This document shows, in pieces, positions 46,896 through 57,613 of a stretch of DNA of 64,000 bases. Each line of letters starts with the position of its first letter. Position 1 is the stretch's first letter. Source of the stretch: Alphaproteobacteria bacterium. Lineage in GTDB: Bacteria; Pseudomonadota; Alphaproteobacteria; UBA7985. Under the pieces are notes generated by a model that saw only the letters and a list, made by a program, of their open reading frames with translations, was not told the origin of the DNA and did no database searches. The stretch covers positions 663,133 to 727,132 of the forward strand of contig CBDDHH010000004.1 of assembly GCA_965228345.1 (NCBI GenBank), given 5' to 3'. The position numbers and the translations under genes were made by a program.

Positions 46896-47229
46896 GGTGA
46901 CAGTTGAAATCAATGGTCGCGGCTATGATATGTTTGTCGACAAGGGACAGGAGGCCCATGTTCTACAATTGGGGGAAAAAGTGGGCCGACAGGTCAAGGC
47001 CATGATCAATCAAGTCGGTCAGGTTGGGGAAGGGCGCCTCATCCTCATGGCCGCCCTGCAATTAGCTGACGAAGCTTGGGAGCTAAAAGAACGGTTGCGA
47101 CAGCACGAAGGGGCCGCGACGCAGGCTCCACCCAACGCCGAACTTGTGGAACAGGCCCAAGCTTACGTCGCCGACGCCTATGGTGATTTAGCTGATAAGC
47201 TTGAAACCATGGTTGAAGCTCTCGGTTAA
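46888..47229 (+). CDS. zapA: Cell division protein ZapA
   Basis: MVKVTVEINGRGYDMFVDKGQEAHVLQLGEKVGRQVKAM... is a typical ZapA N-terminal domain followed by a coiled coil. Confidence 0.75.
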   Translation: MVKVTVEINGRGYDMFVDKGQEAHVLQLGEKVGRQVKAMINQVGQVGEGRLILMAALQLADEAWELKERLRQHEGAATQAPPNAELVEQAQAYVADAYGDLADKLETMVEALG

Positions 47230-47235
47230 ACCTGT

Positions 47236-49131
47236 TCAGCCTGTTCGCTTTACATGGCGTAACAAGGCCACGAGAGCGGCGGGCGTGACCCCAGGGACGC
47301 GCGATGCGGCGCCCAAAGTCGGGGGCTGCGCACGAATGAGGCGTTCGCGCATCTCGTTGGAAAGTTCAGGAAGCTGGGCATAGTTGAGCGCGGGATCGAT
47401 CTTCAACCGCTCGTCGCGCTTGAAAGCCGCGACGTCGGCCTGTTGACGGTTCAAATATCCCGCGTAGAGCGCCTGAATTTCCAGATCACGGCGCACATCG
47501 CTCCGTTCAACAGCCAGGGCGGGTAAGGCGCCAACCAATTGGTCCAATGTGACCTCAGGCATGGCCAGCATTTGGAGAGCTGTGCGGCGCGAGCCGTCCA
47601 ACTTGACGTTGAATCCCTTCGCCGCCCAAGCGTTGGGTGTCAGCGCAACCTGCGACCAAACAGCCGTTGCGGCGGCCAAGGCAGCCCGTTTCGCGGCCCA
47701 TGCCGCCTGTCGCCCCGAGCCGATCAAGCCTAGGTCCTGACCCAAATCCGAAAGGCGCTGATCGGCGTTGTCCGCGCGCAGTTGCAAGCGAAATTCCGCG
47801 CGCGAGGTGAACATACGGTAAGGTTCGTCGACGCCCTGGGTCGTGAGATCGTCAATCATGACCCCTATATAGGCTTGCGCACGATCAAGTGTGAAAGTGC
47901 GTCCCGTGCCAGCCGCCGCCAAGGCGGCGTTGGCTCCTGCGATGAGGCCCTGGGCAGCAGCTTCCTCATACCCCGTCGTCCCATTGATCTGGCCGGCGAG
48001 AAACAGGCCCGGCTGGCAGCGGGTTTCCAGAGTTGGCTCCAGCACTCGTGGATCAACGCAGTCGTACTCGATAGCATAACCAGGTTGCAAAATGCGCGCT
48101 CGTTCCAAACCGGCGATGGTGTTTAGCATGGCCTGCTGCACATTTTGAGGTAGGCTCGTCGATATGCCGTTAGGGTAGATGGTTGGGTCATCCAAACCTT
48201 CGGGTTCGAGAAAAATCTGATGTCGGGTCTTGTCGGGAAATCGTACCACCTTGTCCTCGATGGCGGGGCAATAGCGCGGGCCGACCCCATCAATCTGGCC
48301 TGAATAGACCGCCGACAAGGCGATGTTGTCAGAAATCAGCTGGTGGGTTTGGGGATTGGTGTAGGTGACCCCGCAGGCCACCTGTGGGACATGAATTTGC
48401 GTGGTCAGGAACGACAAGGGCACAGGTGCTGTATCGGCTTGCTGCAGCTCCAAGTGACTCCAATCAATGGAGTCGGTATGCAATCGGGGCGGGGTTCCGG
48501 TTTTAAGTCGGCGCAACGCAAGGCCCATGGCTTCAAATCTCCGCGACAAGCGGTTGGCGGGGGCCTCACCCCAACGACCTGCGGGCCAGGTTTTGGCGCC
48601 CAGATGGATCAAGCCGCGCAAAAAAGTCCCTGTGGTGATGACAACCTGGGAACCGCGAATACAACGGCCGTCCTCCAAGACCAGTCCCTCAATTTTCCCG
48701 TCTGCAGAGAGACTCAAGTCGCCGACCGCGCCTGCGATGACCCAGAGGTTGTCGGAATCAGCCAATGTGCGCTGCATGGCCCGGCGATAGAGTTGGCGAT
48801 CGGCCTGGCTCCGCGGCCCCTGTACCGCGGGCCCTTTGGAGGCGTTAAGCAGGCGATACTGAATGCCCGCCTGGTCAATGACGCGCCCCATAAGGCCGTC
48901 GAGCGCATCAATTTCCCGCACCAAATGCCCTTTTCCCAAGCCTCCAATGGCGGGATTGCAGGACATGATCCCGATGGCTTCGAGGTTCAGCGAGATAAGC
49001 GCCGTCTGCGCCCCTAAGCGGGCCGCAGCAGCAGCAGCTTCGCAGCCTGCGTGCCCACCGCCAACAACGAGGACGTCAAAATTGCACCGTTCTGAAGACT
49101 GCAGGGTCGTCATACCTGATCTATAAAGCAA
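47236..49131 (-). CDS. mnmG: tRNA uridine 5-carboxymethylaminomethyl modification enzyme MnmG (GidA)
   Basis: N-terminal FAD motif [16 protein letters not shown]. 631 aa. Conserved GidA C-terminal region. Confidence 0.9.
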   Translation of the reverse strand: MLYRSGMTTLQSSERCNFDVLVVGGGHAGCEAAAAAARLGAQTALISLNLEAIGIMSCNPAIGGLGKGHLVREIDALDGLMGRVIDQAGIQYRLLNASKGPAVQGPRSQADRQLYRRAMQRTLADSDNLWVIAGAVGDLSLSADGKIEGLVLEDGRCIRGSQVVITTGTFLRGLIHLGAKTWPAGRWGEAPANRLSRRFEAMGLALRRLKTGTPPRLHTDSIDWSHLELQQADTAPVPLSFLTTQIHVPQVACGVTYTNPQTHQLISDNIALSAVYSGQIDGVGPRYCPAIEDKVVRFPDKTRHQIFLEPEGLDDPTIYPNGISTSLPQNVQQAMLNTIAGLERARILQPGYAIEYDCVDPRVLEPTLETRCQPGLFLAGQINGTTGYEEAAAQGLIAGANAALAAAGTGRTFTLDRAQAYIGVMIDDLTTQGVDEPYRMFTSRAEFRLQLRADNADQRLSDLGQDLGLIGSGRQAAWAAKRAALAAATAVWSQVALTPNAWAAKGFNVKLDGSRRTALQMLAMPEVTLDQLVGALPALAVERSDVRRDLEIQALYAGYLNRQQADVAAFKRDERLKIDPALNYAQLPELSNEMRERLIRAQPPTLGAASRVPGVTPAALVALLRHVKRTG

Positions 49132-49175
49132 AACCCGCCCGAGGGGACAGAGAATTGAGTGTTTCCGGGCCGTCC

Positions 49176-50687
49176 TTAACTATCGAGCGATAGAAGAGGC
49201 CGATAGGCGCTGGCCTCAAGCAAATGTGGGCGTTCAATAGCATCGGACCCCGCCAGGTCGGCGATGGTTCGGGCCACACGCAGCAAACGGTAGTAACCGC
49301 GCGCTGTGAGACGAAATCGCTCGGCCATGCGCGCGAGCAGATCCTGATTGTCTGACGAAAGGGGTAGTAAGGTGTCGAGCAGTTCCCCGGCAATTTCTGC
49401 GTTGGTTTCCAGGCCATGGTCTGCCAAACGATGGGTCTGGCGTTTGCGTGCGGCGATGACCCGAATACGCACCTGAGCACTGGGCTCGCCGTTGGCAGGC
49501 GCGCGCAACTCGCCGATCTTCACAGGTGGCATTTCGAGGATTAGGTCGATACGGTCCATGAAGGGTCCGGAGATTTTGGCTAGATAATCCTGAGAACACC
49601 GAATCCCGCGGCTGCACGGTTTGGACAAGGACTGAGTGTTGCCGCAACGACACAGGTTCATGGCCGCCACAAGTTGAAAACGCGCTGGATAGGTTGTTTG
49701 AGCCGCAGCTCGGGACACCGTGACCTCTCCGTTTTCAAGCGGTTGGCGCAAGGCTTCCAGCGCTTGCCGCGAAAACTCGGGCAACTCGTCTAGGAACAAC
49801 ACGCCGCGATGTGCCAAGCTAATCTCCCCTGGCCTAGCGCGGCTGCCACCGCCAACAAGGGCGGGCTGCGAGGCCGAATGGTGCGGATCGCGAAAAGGGC
49901 GGCGAGTCACGAGCCCACCATCGGGCAGCATGCCCGTGACCGAATGGATCATAGAAACTTCCAAGGCTTCGCGCGCATTCAGGTCGGGCATGAGGCCCAG
50001 CAGGCGCTTGGCCAGAAGGGACTTACCTGCCCCTGGAGGGCCGATAAGGGCGATGTTGTGGCCGCCGGCAGCAGCAATTTCGAGCGCGCGCTTGGCGGCC
50101 TCTTGTCCCTTTACATCACGCAGATCGGGGTAGGAGGACGCCACAACTTGGGGGGAAGGTCGCGCGGGACGCTGTAGGCTGGGATCCTTGAAATGGTTGA
50201 GCAGTTGCAGCAGCGTTTCGGGTGCTAAGATCGGCAAGGATCCCGCCCAAGTGGCTTCGGGCCCCTGGGCTGCGGGACAGATCAACCCCATGGCATGGCT
50301 ATTGGCGTGGATCGCAGCGGGAAGGGCTCCCGAAACCGGCATGAGACGTCCGTCGAGCCCGAGTTCGCCCAGAACAACTTGCTCCAACAGATCTTCGGCG
50401 GGTACCAACTCCATGGCAGCCAAGATCCCCAGCGCGATGGGTAGGTCAAAGTGGCTTCCTTCCTTGGCCAAGTCGGCGGGCGACAAGTTCACCGTGATTC
50501 GGTCAGCAGGTAGGGCTAAGCCCATTGCGGCGATGGCCGCGCGAACACGGTCTTTGGACTCTGCTACGGCCTTGTCGGGCAAACCCACTACTGAAAAGGC
50601 CGGCAGACCGGCCGTGATTTGCACTTGGACTTCGACCGAGCGGGTGGCAATGCCCTCAAAAGCGACCGAGTGCACCAAAGAAATCAT
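49176..50687 (-). CDS. comM: YifB/ComM family Mg-chelatase-like AAA+ ATPase
   Basis: Start at [13 protein letters not shown]... Walker [15 protein letters not shown]. Mg-chelatase ChlI-like region. The upstream extension of the table ORF runs into MITE R12. Confidence 0.8.
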   Translation of the reverse strand: MISLVHSVAFEGIATRSVEVQVQITAGLPAFSVVGLPDKAVAESKDRVRAAIAAMGLALPADRITVNLSPADLAKEGSHFDLPIALGILAAMELVPAEDLLEQVVLGELGLDGRLMPVSGALPAAIHANSHAMGLICPAAQGPEATWAGSLPILAPETLLQLLNHFKDPSLQRPARPSPQVVASSYPDLRDVKGQEAAKRALEIAAAGGHNIALIGPPGAGKSLLAKRLLGLMPDLNAREALEVSMIHSVTGMLPDGGLVTRRPFRDPHHSASQPALVGGGSRARPGEISLAHRGVLFLDELPEFSRQALEALRQPLENGEVTVSRAAAQTTYPARFQLVAAMNLCRCGNTQSLSKPCSRGIRCSQDYLAKISGPFMDRIDLILEMPPVKIGELRAPANGEPSAQVRIRVIAARKRQTHRLADHGLETNAEIAGELLDTLLPLSSDNQDLLARMAERFRLTARGYYRLLRVARTIADLAGSDAIERPHLLEASAYRPLLSLDS

Positions 50688-50741
50688 GGACCACCTATAA
50701 CAGCGACCAAGAGGTGATGCCAGGTCAGAGCACCTTATGTC

Positions 50742-51023
50742 ATACCAGCGGCAAGTATGAGTGACTCTTAATGTTCGCTCATATAGGGGCCGCGACTGCG
50801 GCCCCCGCAGCGGCCCCGAGAATAGCAAGAAAACGCTCATATTCTGAGGCCTCAGCGTAAATCAAAGAATTGAAAATTGACCACAAAATGTAGCGCCTAT
50901 CTCGCTCAAATGACACTACATATTGCGGCTCATTGATCCGAAGTTGAATTATGCTGAGGTCTCATTCCATTAGACAAGACACGAAACGGACATAAAAAGG
51001 TTATTTTTTATGACCGTTGGTAT
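50742..51023 (-). mobile_element. MITE copy R12 (divergent ~150-bp internal segment)
   Basis: ATACCAGCGGCAAGTATGAGTGACTC...GGGGCCGCGACTGCGGCCCCCGCAGCGGCCCCGAG...TTATGACCGTTGGTAT. Central part differs from other copies. Confidence 0.65.
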
Positions 51024-51201
51024 CAAAGGCCATTTGCGGAGATACTATGCACCAATTTTAACACGTCGCGTTTCACCTCTGACGGGTCTCCCGACCTACG
51101 TCGCGGGCGCTTTCGCGCGGATCCACCAATATCCTAGCTGGGACACTTCACTGTTGGATGGGTGCCTCCCAGAACGATTGACGCTTCTGGTCTCTTGAGA
51201 C

Positions 51202-51591
51202 ATGGGATCTAGCATGACCGACCCTGCCAAAGTCCTGATCGTTGAGGATGAAAGCGGCATCGCCGAAGCCTTATCGTTTCTCATGCGCCGTGAAGGGTGC
51301 GAAACGTTTGTCGCGCGCGACGGCGATTTGGCGCTGACGGCCAGCCAAACCGCCAAGTTCGATTTGATTATTCTCGATCTCATGTTGCCGCGCGTGCCCG
51401 GACTCGATGTCCTACGTTTGATCCGTACCCAGGCGCTTAACCAAGATACGCCCGTGTTTGTGTTGACCGCGCGCGGGCAGGAACACGACCAGGAACGCGC
51501 CATGGCCGTGGGGGCGAGTGCCTTCATGGCCAAACCTTTCGTCAACGCCGATCTTGTCCGCACCGCCCTAGCGCTCATGGCGCGGGGCTGA
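51202..51591 (+). CDS. Single-domain response regulator (REC only, CheY-like)
   Basis: VLIVEDESGIAEALSF...FDLIILDLMLP...VFVLTARG...AFMAKPF are receiver-domain motifs with the phospho-Asp context ILDLML. No output domain. Confidence 0.8.
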   Translation: MGSSMTDPAKVLIVEDESGIAEALSFLMRREGCETFVARDGDLALTASQTAKFDLIILDLMLPRVPGLDVLRLIRTQALNQDTPVFVLTARGQEHDQERAMAVGASAFMAKPFVNADLVRTALALMARG

Positions 51592-51595
51592 CCCC

Positions 51596-51766
51596 ATGCG
51601 CGGCCGTCTGGTTGCGGTAGTCTTAACCCTGGGGGGCCTGGCATTGCTGTCTCCTTTGGGGTTCTATGCGATGCGTTCGAACCTTGCTTTGGCATGGATC
51701 TTCGGCCTGTGGACGGTACTGGTGGTCCTCGCCTTCTTCGCCAACCGCGGACAGCGCGGGCCGTGA
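51596..51766 (+). CDS. Small two-TM membrane protein (56 aa), possible SSS-associated small subunit (DUF4212-like)
   Basis: MRGRLVAVVLTLGGLALLSPLGFYAMRSNLALAWIFGLWTVLVVLAFFANRGQRGP. Below the ORF-table size cut-off. Its stop overlaps the GTG start of the downstream SSS-kinase (GTGA). Confidence 0.45.
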   Translation: MRGRLVAVVLTLGGLALLSPLGFYAMRSNLALAWIFGLWTVLVVLAFFANRGQRGP

Positions 51767-54447
51767 CACCAAGCCTAGCCTTAAGCATTGGCGCGGCTTA
51801 CATAGGACTACTGTTCCTCATCGCCTTCATCTCGGACCGTCGGGCGCGGCGGGCGGGGGTACGCGGTCAGGTCTCTGCCTGGGTCTTTACCCTGTCCATT
51901 TCGGTTTATTGCACCTCCTGGACCTTCTACGGGTCGGTCGGGTTGGCCAGCCGCTCGGGCTTGGAATTCACCGCGATTTACTTAGGCCCCACCCTGATCT
52001 TCCTGGGCTGGTGGTTCGTGTTGCGCAAAATCGTCCGCATCACCAAGGAACAACGCCTCACCTCCATCGCCGACTTTATTTCGTCGCGGTTCGGGCGATC
52101 GGCCTCAGTCGCGGCGACGGCAACGCTGATCGCTCTGATCGCTTCGACCCCCTATGTCGCTTTGCAGCTCAAGGCGGTGGCAACTTCGTTTGACCTCATC
52201 GCCGGCCGCCAAGCCGCAGGCGCGGCTTTCTGGCACGATACGGCTTTTTGGGTCGCCGCCGCCATGGCCTTATTTGCCGTTCTGTTTGGTGCGCGCAGCG
52301 GCACTGCGGACGAACACTACCCGGGGGTTATCAGCGCCATCGCCTTTGAGGCGGTGGTTAAGCTGATCGCCCTCATGGGGGTGGGCCTGTTTGTCGTTCT
52401 GCACCTACGCGGCCTAGACTGGCAGAACCTGATTAGCCCGGAGGATTTGCGCCGCATCACCACTTTGCCCGATCAGGCAGGCGGGCGCTGGGTTTCCTTG
52501 CTGGTCCTTTCCGCCATTGCAATCGTGTGCCTGCCGCGCCAGTTTCAGGTTACAGCGGTGGAGGCGGCGGACGAGGAACATTTCCGCACCGCCGCCTGGC
52601 TGTTTCCGCTCTATTTGCTGCTGATCTCGGCCTTCGTGATTCCCATCGCCATCGCCGGTCATGTCTTTGTCGGTGCCAACGCCAACCCAGATCAATTTGT
52701 TCTGACCGTCCCGCTTGCGCTCGGCAACGAATCCATGGCCATGCTCGCCTTCATCGGCGGGTTCTCCTCCGCCACTTCCATGGTCATTGTCGCCTCCATC
52801 GCCCTATCGATCATGATGTCGAACCACATTGTGGTGCCTTTGTTGTTTCGGCTCGCGGCGCAGGAAGGGCGCACCTACCTGGGCCGACGCTTGCTGGCGG
52901 TGCGCCAAGGCACGATCGTCTTCGTCTTGGGCATGGCCTTCCTCTACTACCGCACGGCAGCGCAGTCCGATGCCTTGGCAGCCATGGGCCTGATCGCCTT
53001 CGTCGGGGTCGCCCAGTTCTTTCCGCCGCTGCTCGCCGCCCTGTTCTGGCGTCAAGCAGCAGAGCGTGGCGCGCTCGCCGCACTCGTCATCGGCGGTAGC
53101 CTCTGGGCCTATACTTTGCTGCTGCCAACCCTCCTTCCCGACGCCCGTTGGATTGAGGACGGGCCCTTGGGTCTTGCCTTGCTTCGCCCCCAGGGCCTGC
53201 TCGGCGCGACGGGCCTTGATCCTGTGGTCCACTCGCTGCTTTGGTCGCTGCTCGGCAACACCTTGGCCTTGGGACTCGTGTCTGCCTACGCCCGCCGCAG
53301 CCCGCTAGAGCATTTACAGGAACGCCTGTTCGTTGATGCGTTTCAGCAGAGCGTGGGCGCCGAGAGCCGGGTCTGGCGCCGCTCAGCAGGCCTCGACGAA
53401 CTGCGGGTCTTGGCCCGCGAAGTGCTGGGGGAGGCCTCGGCCAACCGCCTGTTTGCAAAAATCCAAAATCCTTCCGCAGATGGCCAACAGGCAACCTCAG
53501 CCCTGATCTATGCAGTCGAACAAGAAATGGCGGCAACCTTCGGTGCCGCCACGGCTCGTCGCCTGGTGGCGCGCGTGGCACGGGGCGAAAGCTTGTCGAT
53601 GGACGACATGGCCGCGATCCTAGACCAGACTCAACATGCCCTCGACCAGGCCCGCGCACTGAAGGAAAAGTCCGACCAGCTGCAGGAAACCGCCCGATCT
53701 CTGCGCCAGGCCCTAGTGCAGCTTAGGCGCCTCGACCGCTTCAAAGACGACTTTCTGGCACAGGTCAGCCATGAGCTGCGCACGCCCATGACCTCCCTGA
53801 AGGCCTTCACCCAGATTTTGCAGGGCGAACAGGACCTGCCGCCCGCAACGCGGGAGAAGTACTTGAACATTATCGCCCAGGAGGCCGATCGTTTAACAGG
53901 CTTGCTTGACGAATTGTTAGACGTGCAGCACAGCACCGAAACAACCCGGCGGGACAAGGTCGCGCCCATCTCGCTCGACCAACCGCTGACCGCCGCGCTC
54001 AGTGTGTTTGTGGGCGACCAAGATGCGGGACGTTTGGACGTGACCCTGGCCCCCGCCCTAGCCGACATCCACGTGAAGGCGACCAGCGCACGCCTGCGTC
54101 AGGTCTTTATCAATCTGATTTCTAACGCCCTCAAATATGCGAGTGCCGAACAAAAGCCCCTTCGTGTCGATGTTCGCGCGGAACAACGCGATGATCACGC
54201 GATCATCTGGGTGAGCGATTCAGGGCCTGGCATCGATCCCACGTTCGCCGACTCGCTCTTCTTACGCTTTACTCGCGATGGCGCAGCCCAAGTCCCAGGC
54301 AGTGGTCTGGGGCTTGCGATCTGCCGGCAAATCATGCTGGCCATGAACGGGTCGATCAACCTGGCCGCCGACCAGGGCCCAAAGGGCTTTAGCGGCGCGT
54401 GTTTTGAGCTGCGCTTGCCCCTCGCCAAACCCGCAGCACCGACCTAG
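51763..54447 (+). CDS. Sensor histidine kinase with N-terminal sodium:solute symporter (SLC5/SSS) domain (CbrA-like)
   Basis: ~13-TM SSS domain (…FVLRKIVRITKEQRLTSIADFISSRFG…). HisKA H-box SHELRTPMTSLKAF. HATPase_c (…GSGLGLAICRQIM…). No receiver domain. 3' end abuts IS debris. Confidence 0.8.
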   Translation: MTPSLALSIGAAYIGLLFLIAFISDRRARRAGVRGQVSAWVFTLSISVYCTSWTFYGSVGLASRSGLEFTAIYLGPTLIFLGWWFVLRKIVRITKEQRLTSIADFISSRFGRSASVAATATLIALIASTPYVALQLKAVATSFDLIAGRQAAGAAFWHDTAFWVAAAMALFAVLFGARSGTADEHYPGVISAIAFEAVVKLIALMGVGLFVVLHLRGLDWQNLISPEDLRRITTLPDQAGGRWVSLLVLSAIAIVCLPRQFQVTAVEAADEEHFRTAAWLFPLYLLLISAFVIPIAIAGHVFVGANANPDQFVLTVPLALGNESMAMLAFIGGFSSATSMVIVASIALSIMMSNHIVVPLLFRLAAQEGRTYLGRRLLAVRQGTIVFVLGMAFLYYRTAAQSDALAAMGLIAFVGVAQFFPPLLAALFWRQAAERGALAALVIGGSLWAYTLLLPTLLPDARWIEDGPLGLALLRPQGLLGATGLDPVVHSLLWSLLGNTLALGLVSAYARRSPLEHLQERLFVDAFQQSVGAESRVWRRSAGLDELRVLAREVLGEASANRLFAKIQNPSADGQQATSALIYAVEQEMAATFGAATARRLVARVARGESLSMDDMAAILDQTQHALDQARALKEKSDQLQETARSLRQALVQLRRLDRFKDDFLAQVSHELRTPMTSLKAFTQILQGEQDLPPATREKYLNIIAQEADRLTGLLDELLDVQHSTETTRRDKVAPISLDQPLTAALSVFVGDQDAGRLDVTLAPALADIHVKATSARLRQVFINLISNALKYASAEQKPLRVDVRAEQRDDHAIIWVSDSGPGIDPTFADSLFLRFTRDGAAQVPGSGLGLAICRQIMLAMNGSINLAADQGPKGFSGACFELRLPLAKPAAPT

Positions 54448-54790
54448 ATAGTGTAGTCACGAGATGTTTGCCCACAGAGCGATACACCTGATATGGATAG
54501 CTGCCATGAATGAGGCGCGTTTTTGGCATATGGTGTTGCGATTCCCCTCCATCGTTTGAGGTGGAGGAGGGCATTTTCAACCAGATGCCTGATTTTGTAG
54601 AGGTCTTTGTCATGCTCGCGCTGATGCTTGCGGTTCTTTTTGGGCGGGATGACGGGCGTCATGCCCTGGCATTTAGCCTGGTCTAAGATGTCTTGGGTGT
54701 CGTATCCTCTATCGGCCAGCAGATAGTCAGCGCTTAATCCTTCGATAAGCTTCCCAGCTTAAGACCTCTGCATAACTGCGACTTCGATTT
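54444..54790 (-). pseudogene. IS5-family (IS427-group) transposase orfB C-terminal fragment
   Basis: ...LLADRGYDTQDILDQAKCQGMTPVIPPKKNRKHQREHDKDLYKIRHLVENALLHLKRWRGIATPYAKNAPHSWQLSI has the IPPK.NRK...Y..RN.VE....LK..R.IATRY.K pattern. No intact orfA. Confidence 0.7.
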
Positions 54791-54826
54791 CAGGATTCCC
54801 TGAGAGGGGAGTTTTTGTTATTTTCT

Positions 54827-55065
54827 GGCTAGGGTTCGTGGACATTAGGAATTCCCATTTCTGCAAAATTGTGTTTCAAGCTTCCAAAACGGAGGTTTCA
54901 ATGAACACAGATCGCTTTGTTGTCACAGATCAACTCTGGGATAGGATTTCAGGGTTGATTCCAGGCCGCGATGGGGTTCGCGGTGTTACTGGAAAAGATA
55001 ATCGTCTCTTCTTGGAGGCTGTGCTTTGGCGGGTGCGTGCAGGGCTCCCTTGGCGAGACTTGCTG
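54827..55065 (+). mobile_element. IS427-like element 5' fragment (left end + orfA N-terminus 54901..55065), truncated by IS3 insertion
   Basis: Near-identical to 35690..35930 (GGGTYCGTGGACATTAGG...MNTDRFVVTDQLWDRISGLIPGRDGVRGVTG.DNRLFLEAVLWRVRAGLPWRDL). Confidence 0.75.
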
Positions 55066-55105
55066 AACCGTCCCGGGTTTATCGGCGGGTGATTTGTTCA
55101 AATGT

Positions 55106-56302
55106 TAGGCAGGGCTATCGCTTTTGAGAATTTTTAGCCGCCCTGATCATATCGAGCATGAATTCGTCGTTCGATCCGGCGCGTTTTAGCTTGCCCCTCT
55201 TTGATCCCTTTGAGGGTTCGGTTTGGGCAAGGTTTAGTGCCATTCGCCGAAGTGTGGCAAAATTTTCAGGGCCGTTGCCTGTCCTATTTCGTGCGGCATC
55301 TTCGTTCATTGTCACATCCAGCACCCAATGCAAGCTGTTTTCAATCGCCCAATGAGCGCGTGTTATCTCAATTGTGCGCTTGGCTGACACAGGCGTACTC
55401 AAGAGGAAGTAGCGTTCGTGATGACTGATTTTGTCTCCAATCTCACGGCGTGCGCTAACCTTTGCAATTGCCTGAAGTCCAGGCCAGTCATGGCGTTCCA
55501 TGAGCCATTCAACATCATGGCTGATCAAAGCAGTACGAGTTTCGATACGCCCATGACCTGCGCTAATCTCTTCTGCAGTATCACACACCTGAGTATTCGC
55601 ACGATCATCTAAGTACAGCTTCACGTCCTCGTATAAGCTGCCCTGATTGCGTTTGAGGGCGAGCGCGTAATCGCCACCAGCGTCTGTCACAGATTGTGCG
55701 GTATTGCGTTGGGTATGCATGGCGTCTGCTGTAACGATACGCCCCTTGAGCGAGAGCATCTCCAGCAGAGCAGGCAAAGCCGTGATCTCGTTGGACTTTT
55801 CGTCAACGGCGACCTGACCAAGAACCAACTTTTCCTTGACTGAAAAGGCCTGCACCAGGTGCAGGGCGGAGCGAGCTTTGGCGCGATCAAACGAGCGGCG
55901 AAGCGTCTTTCCATCAACGGCAATCACGTCACCAAGTTGATCAGAAAAATCCTCAACAAAACCAAACAGTGCTTTGTGAAGGGACTTTGGATCAAGCGCG
56001 TTAAACAAGTCAGAGAACGCGTCGTGACTTGGAATACCGTGCTTTAGCGACATAAATGTCCGTAAAAACGGCTCCTTCGTCTTTGCAAACAGGGACATAT
56101 CACAGCACCCCTCACCGCCGCTAAGCGTGCATAGAAGCCCGATCATCAGCATCTCGTGCAGATCGTGACGGGTCGCGTTGCTCCTGCGTGGGTCATCAAC
56201 TCCTTCGAATATATGGGAAAACTCTTCCATGGCGCGTCTCCTACATGGGGTTACGCGCTCCTCATGAATCGATTGGCACCTCCTTCATAGATATTTTTTC
56301 AA
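55106..56302 (-). mobile_element. ISAs1-family IS nested inside the IS3 element (transposase CDS 55115..56230)
   Basis: 371-aa H-repeat-associated/ISAs1-type DDE transposase (…VDGKTLRRSFD…ITRAHWAIENSLHWVLDVTMNEDAARNRTGNGPENFATLRRMALNL). IRs AGGGCTATCGCTTTTGAGAA / AGGGGAATCGCTTTTGAAAA. Flanking ~11-bp direct repeat AAATGTTAGGC. Confidence 0.75.
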
Positions 56303-56321
56303 AAGCGATTCCCCTGAAATG

Positions 56322-57233
56322 TTAGGCGGCTAGATCATAGCCATGTTTTTCTTTTAAGTATGTCTCCTCTTTTTGGCTAGGGGTTAGGTATCCGATGGAT
56401 GAGTGGATGCGTTTGGTGTTGTACCACTTGATCCACCTGGCGGTTTGCCACTCGACATCTGCTCTGGATTTCCAGGGGCCGATGCGCTCAACGACCTCTG
56501 TTTTGTACAGGCCGATGGTGCTTTCTGCGAGCGCGTTGTCGTAGCTGTCGCCCACGCTGCCCACCGACATATCAACGCCTGCCTCTTCTAGGCGTTCGCT
56601 GTATTTGAAGGACATGTATTGGCTGCCGCGATCACTATGGTGAATGGGCTTGATGCCATCTACCGATATGGGTCTGCGTTGATGCAGGGCCTGCTCCAGG
56701 GCGTCCAGCACGAAGGCCGTTGTCATAGAGGTGCTGACCTTCCACCCCACCATGCGCCGTGCAAACACGTCGATGACGAAGGCCACATAGACATCTCCCT
56801 ACCAGGTTTTGACGTAAGTGAAATCACAGACCCATAACTGGTTAGGGTAAGAGGCATGGAACGCCCTGTTCACCCGATCCTCTGGGCAGGGCAGTGCCTT
56901 ATCAGGATTGGTGGTGATGACGGGCTTTCCCCGCACCAGGCCTTGATAACCAGCCCTTTGCATCAATCGCTCTACCGTGCACTTGGCGATGGCATAGCCT
57001 TCAGACTTGAGCTGATGCCAAACCTTGCGGGTGCCATAAATGCCATCGCTCTCATCCTGATAGACGCGCTTGATCTCAGCAAGATCAGCCTCATCCTGAT
57101 TTGCCTTACGACTGCGCAGATCAGGGTTGCGCGCCATAGAAGCATGACGGCGATAGGTTGAGGGCGCGATGGACAAAACCTTCGCCATCGGCTCGGCACC
57201 GAACTCTTGGATATGATCGCTCATAAAGCTCAC
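56322..57233 (-). pseudogene. IS3-family transposase orfB with in-frame TAG replacing a conserved Trp codon
   Basis: Reading ...CDFTYVKTW*GDVYVAFVIDVFARRMVGW. IS3 consensus has W at this position (TGG->TAG). Otherwise an intact rve domain. Confidence 0.7.
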
Positions 57234-57565
57234 GACTTGGGAAACGGGCGGCCGAGCTCCGCCTGTGCGAAATAAGCCGAGGCCTTCTTCAAGATCTCAT
57301 TGGCTTGGCGAAGGTGGCGGACCTCACGCTCCAGTTCTTTGATCCGCGCCTTATCTTCCGTGTTCAAACCAGGGCGCTCACCTGCATCCTTCTGGGCCTG
57401 ATGACACCAGGAGCGAAGGCTATCGGGAGAACAGCCTAAGCTGCTGCCAACGGCGATACAGGCCGCTTTATCACTGGCATAGGAACCACGCTGCTCGGAA
57501 AGCATCCGCACAGCACGCTCACGAAACTCCGCATTATAACGGGGGGTGTATCTTTTGTTCGACAT
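57230..57565 (-). CDS. IS3-family transposase orfA
   Basis: MSNKRYTPRYNAEFRERAVRMLSEQ...KARIKELEREVRHLRQANEILKKASAYFAQAEL is a typical IS3 orfA (HTH + leucine zipper). Confidence 0.8.
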   Translation of the reverse strand: MSNKRYTPRYNAEFRERAVRMLSEQRGSYASDKAACIAVGSSLGCSPDSLRSWCHQAQKDAGERPGLNTEDKARIKELEREVRHLRQANEILKKASAYFAQAELGRPFPKS

Positions 57566-57613
57566 GGGTCTTCCTTAGAGAATTGGACCCGCCGATAAAC
57601 CCGGGACGGTTCA

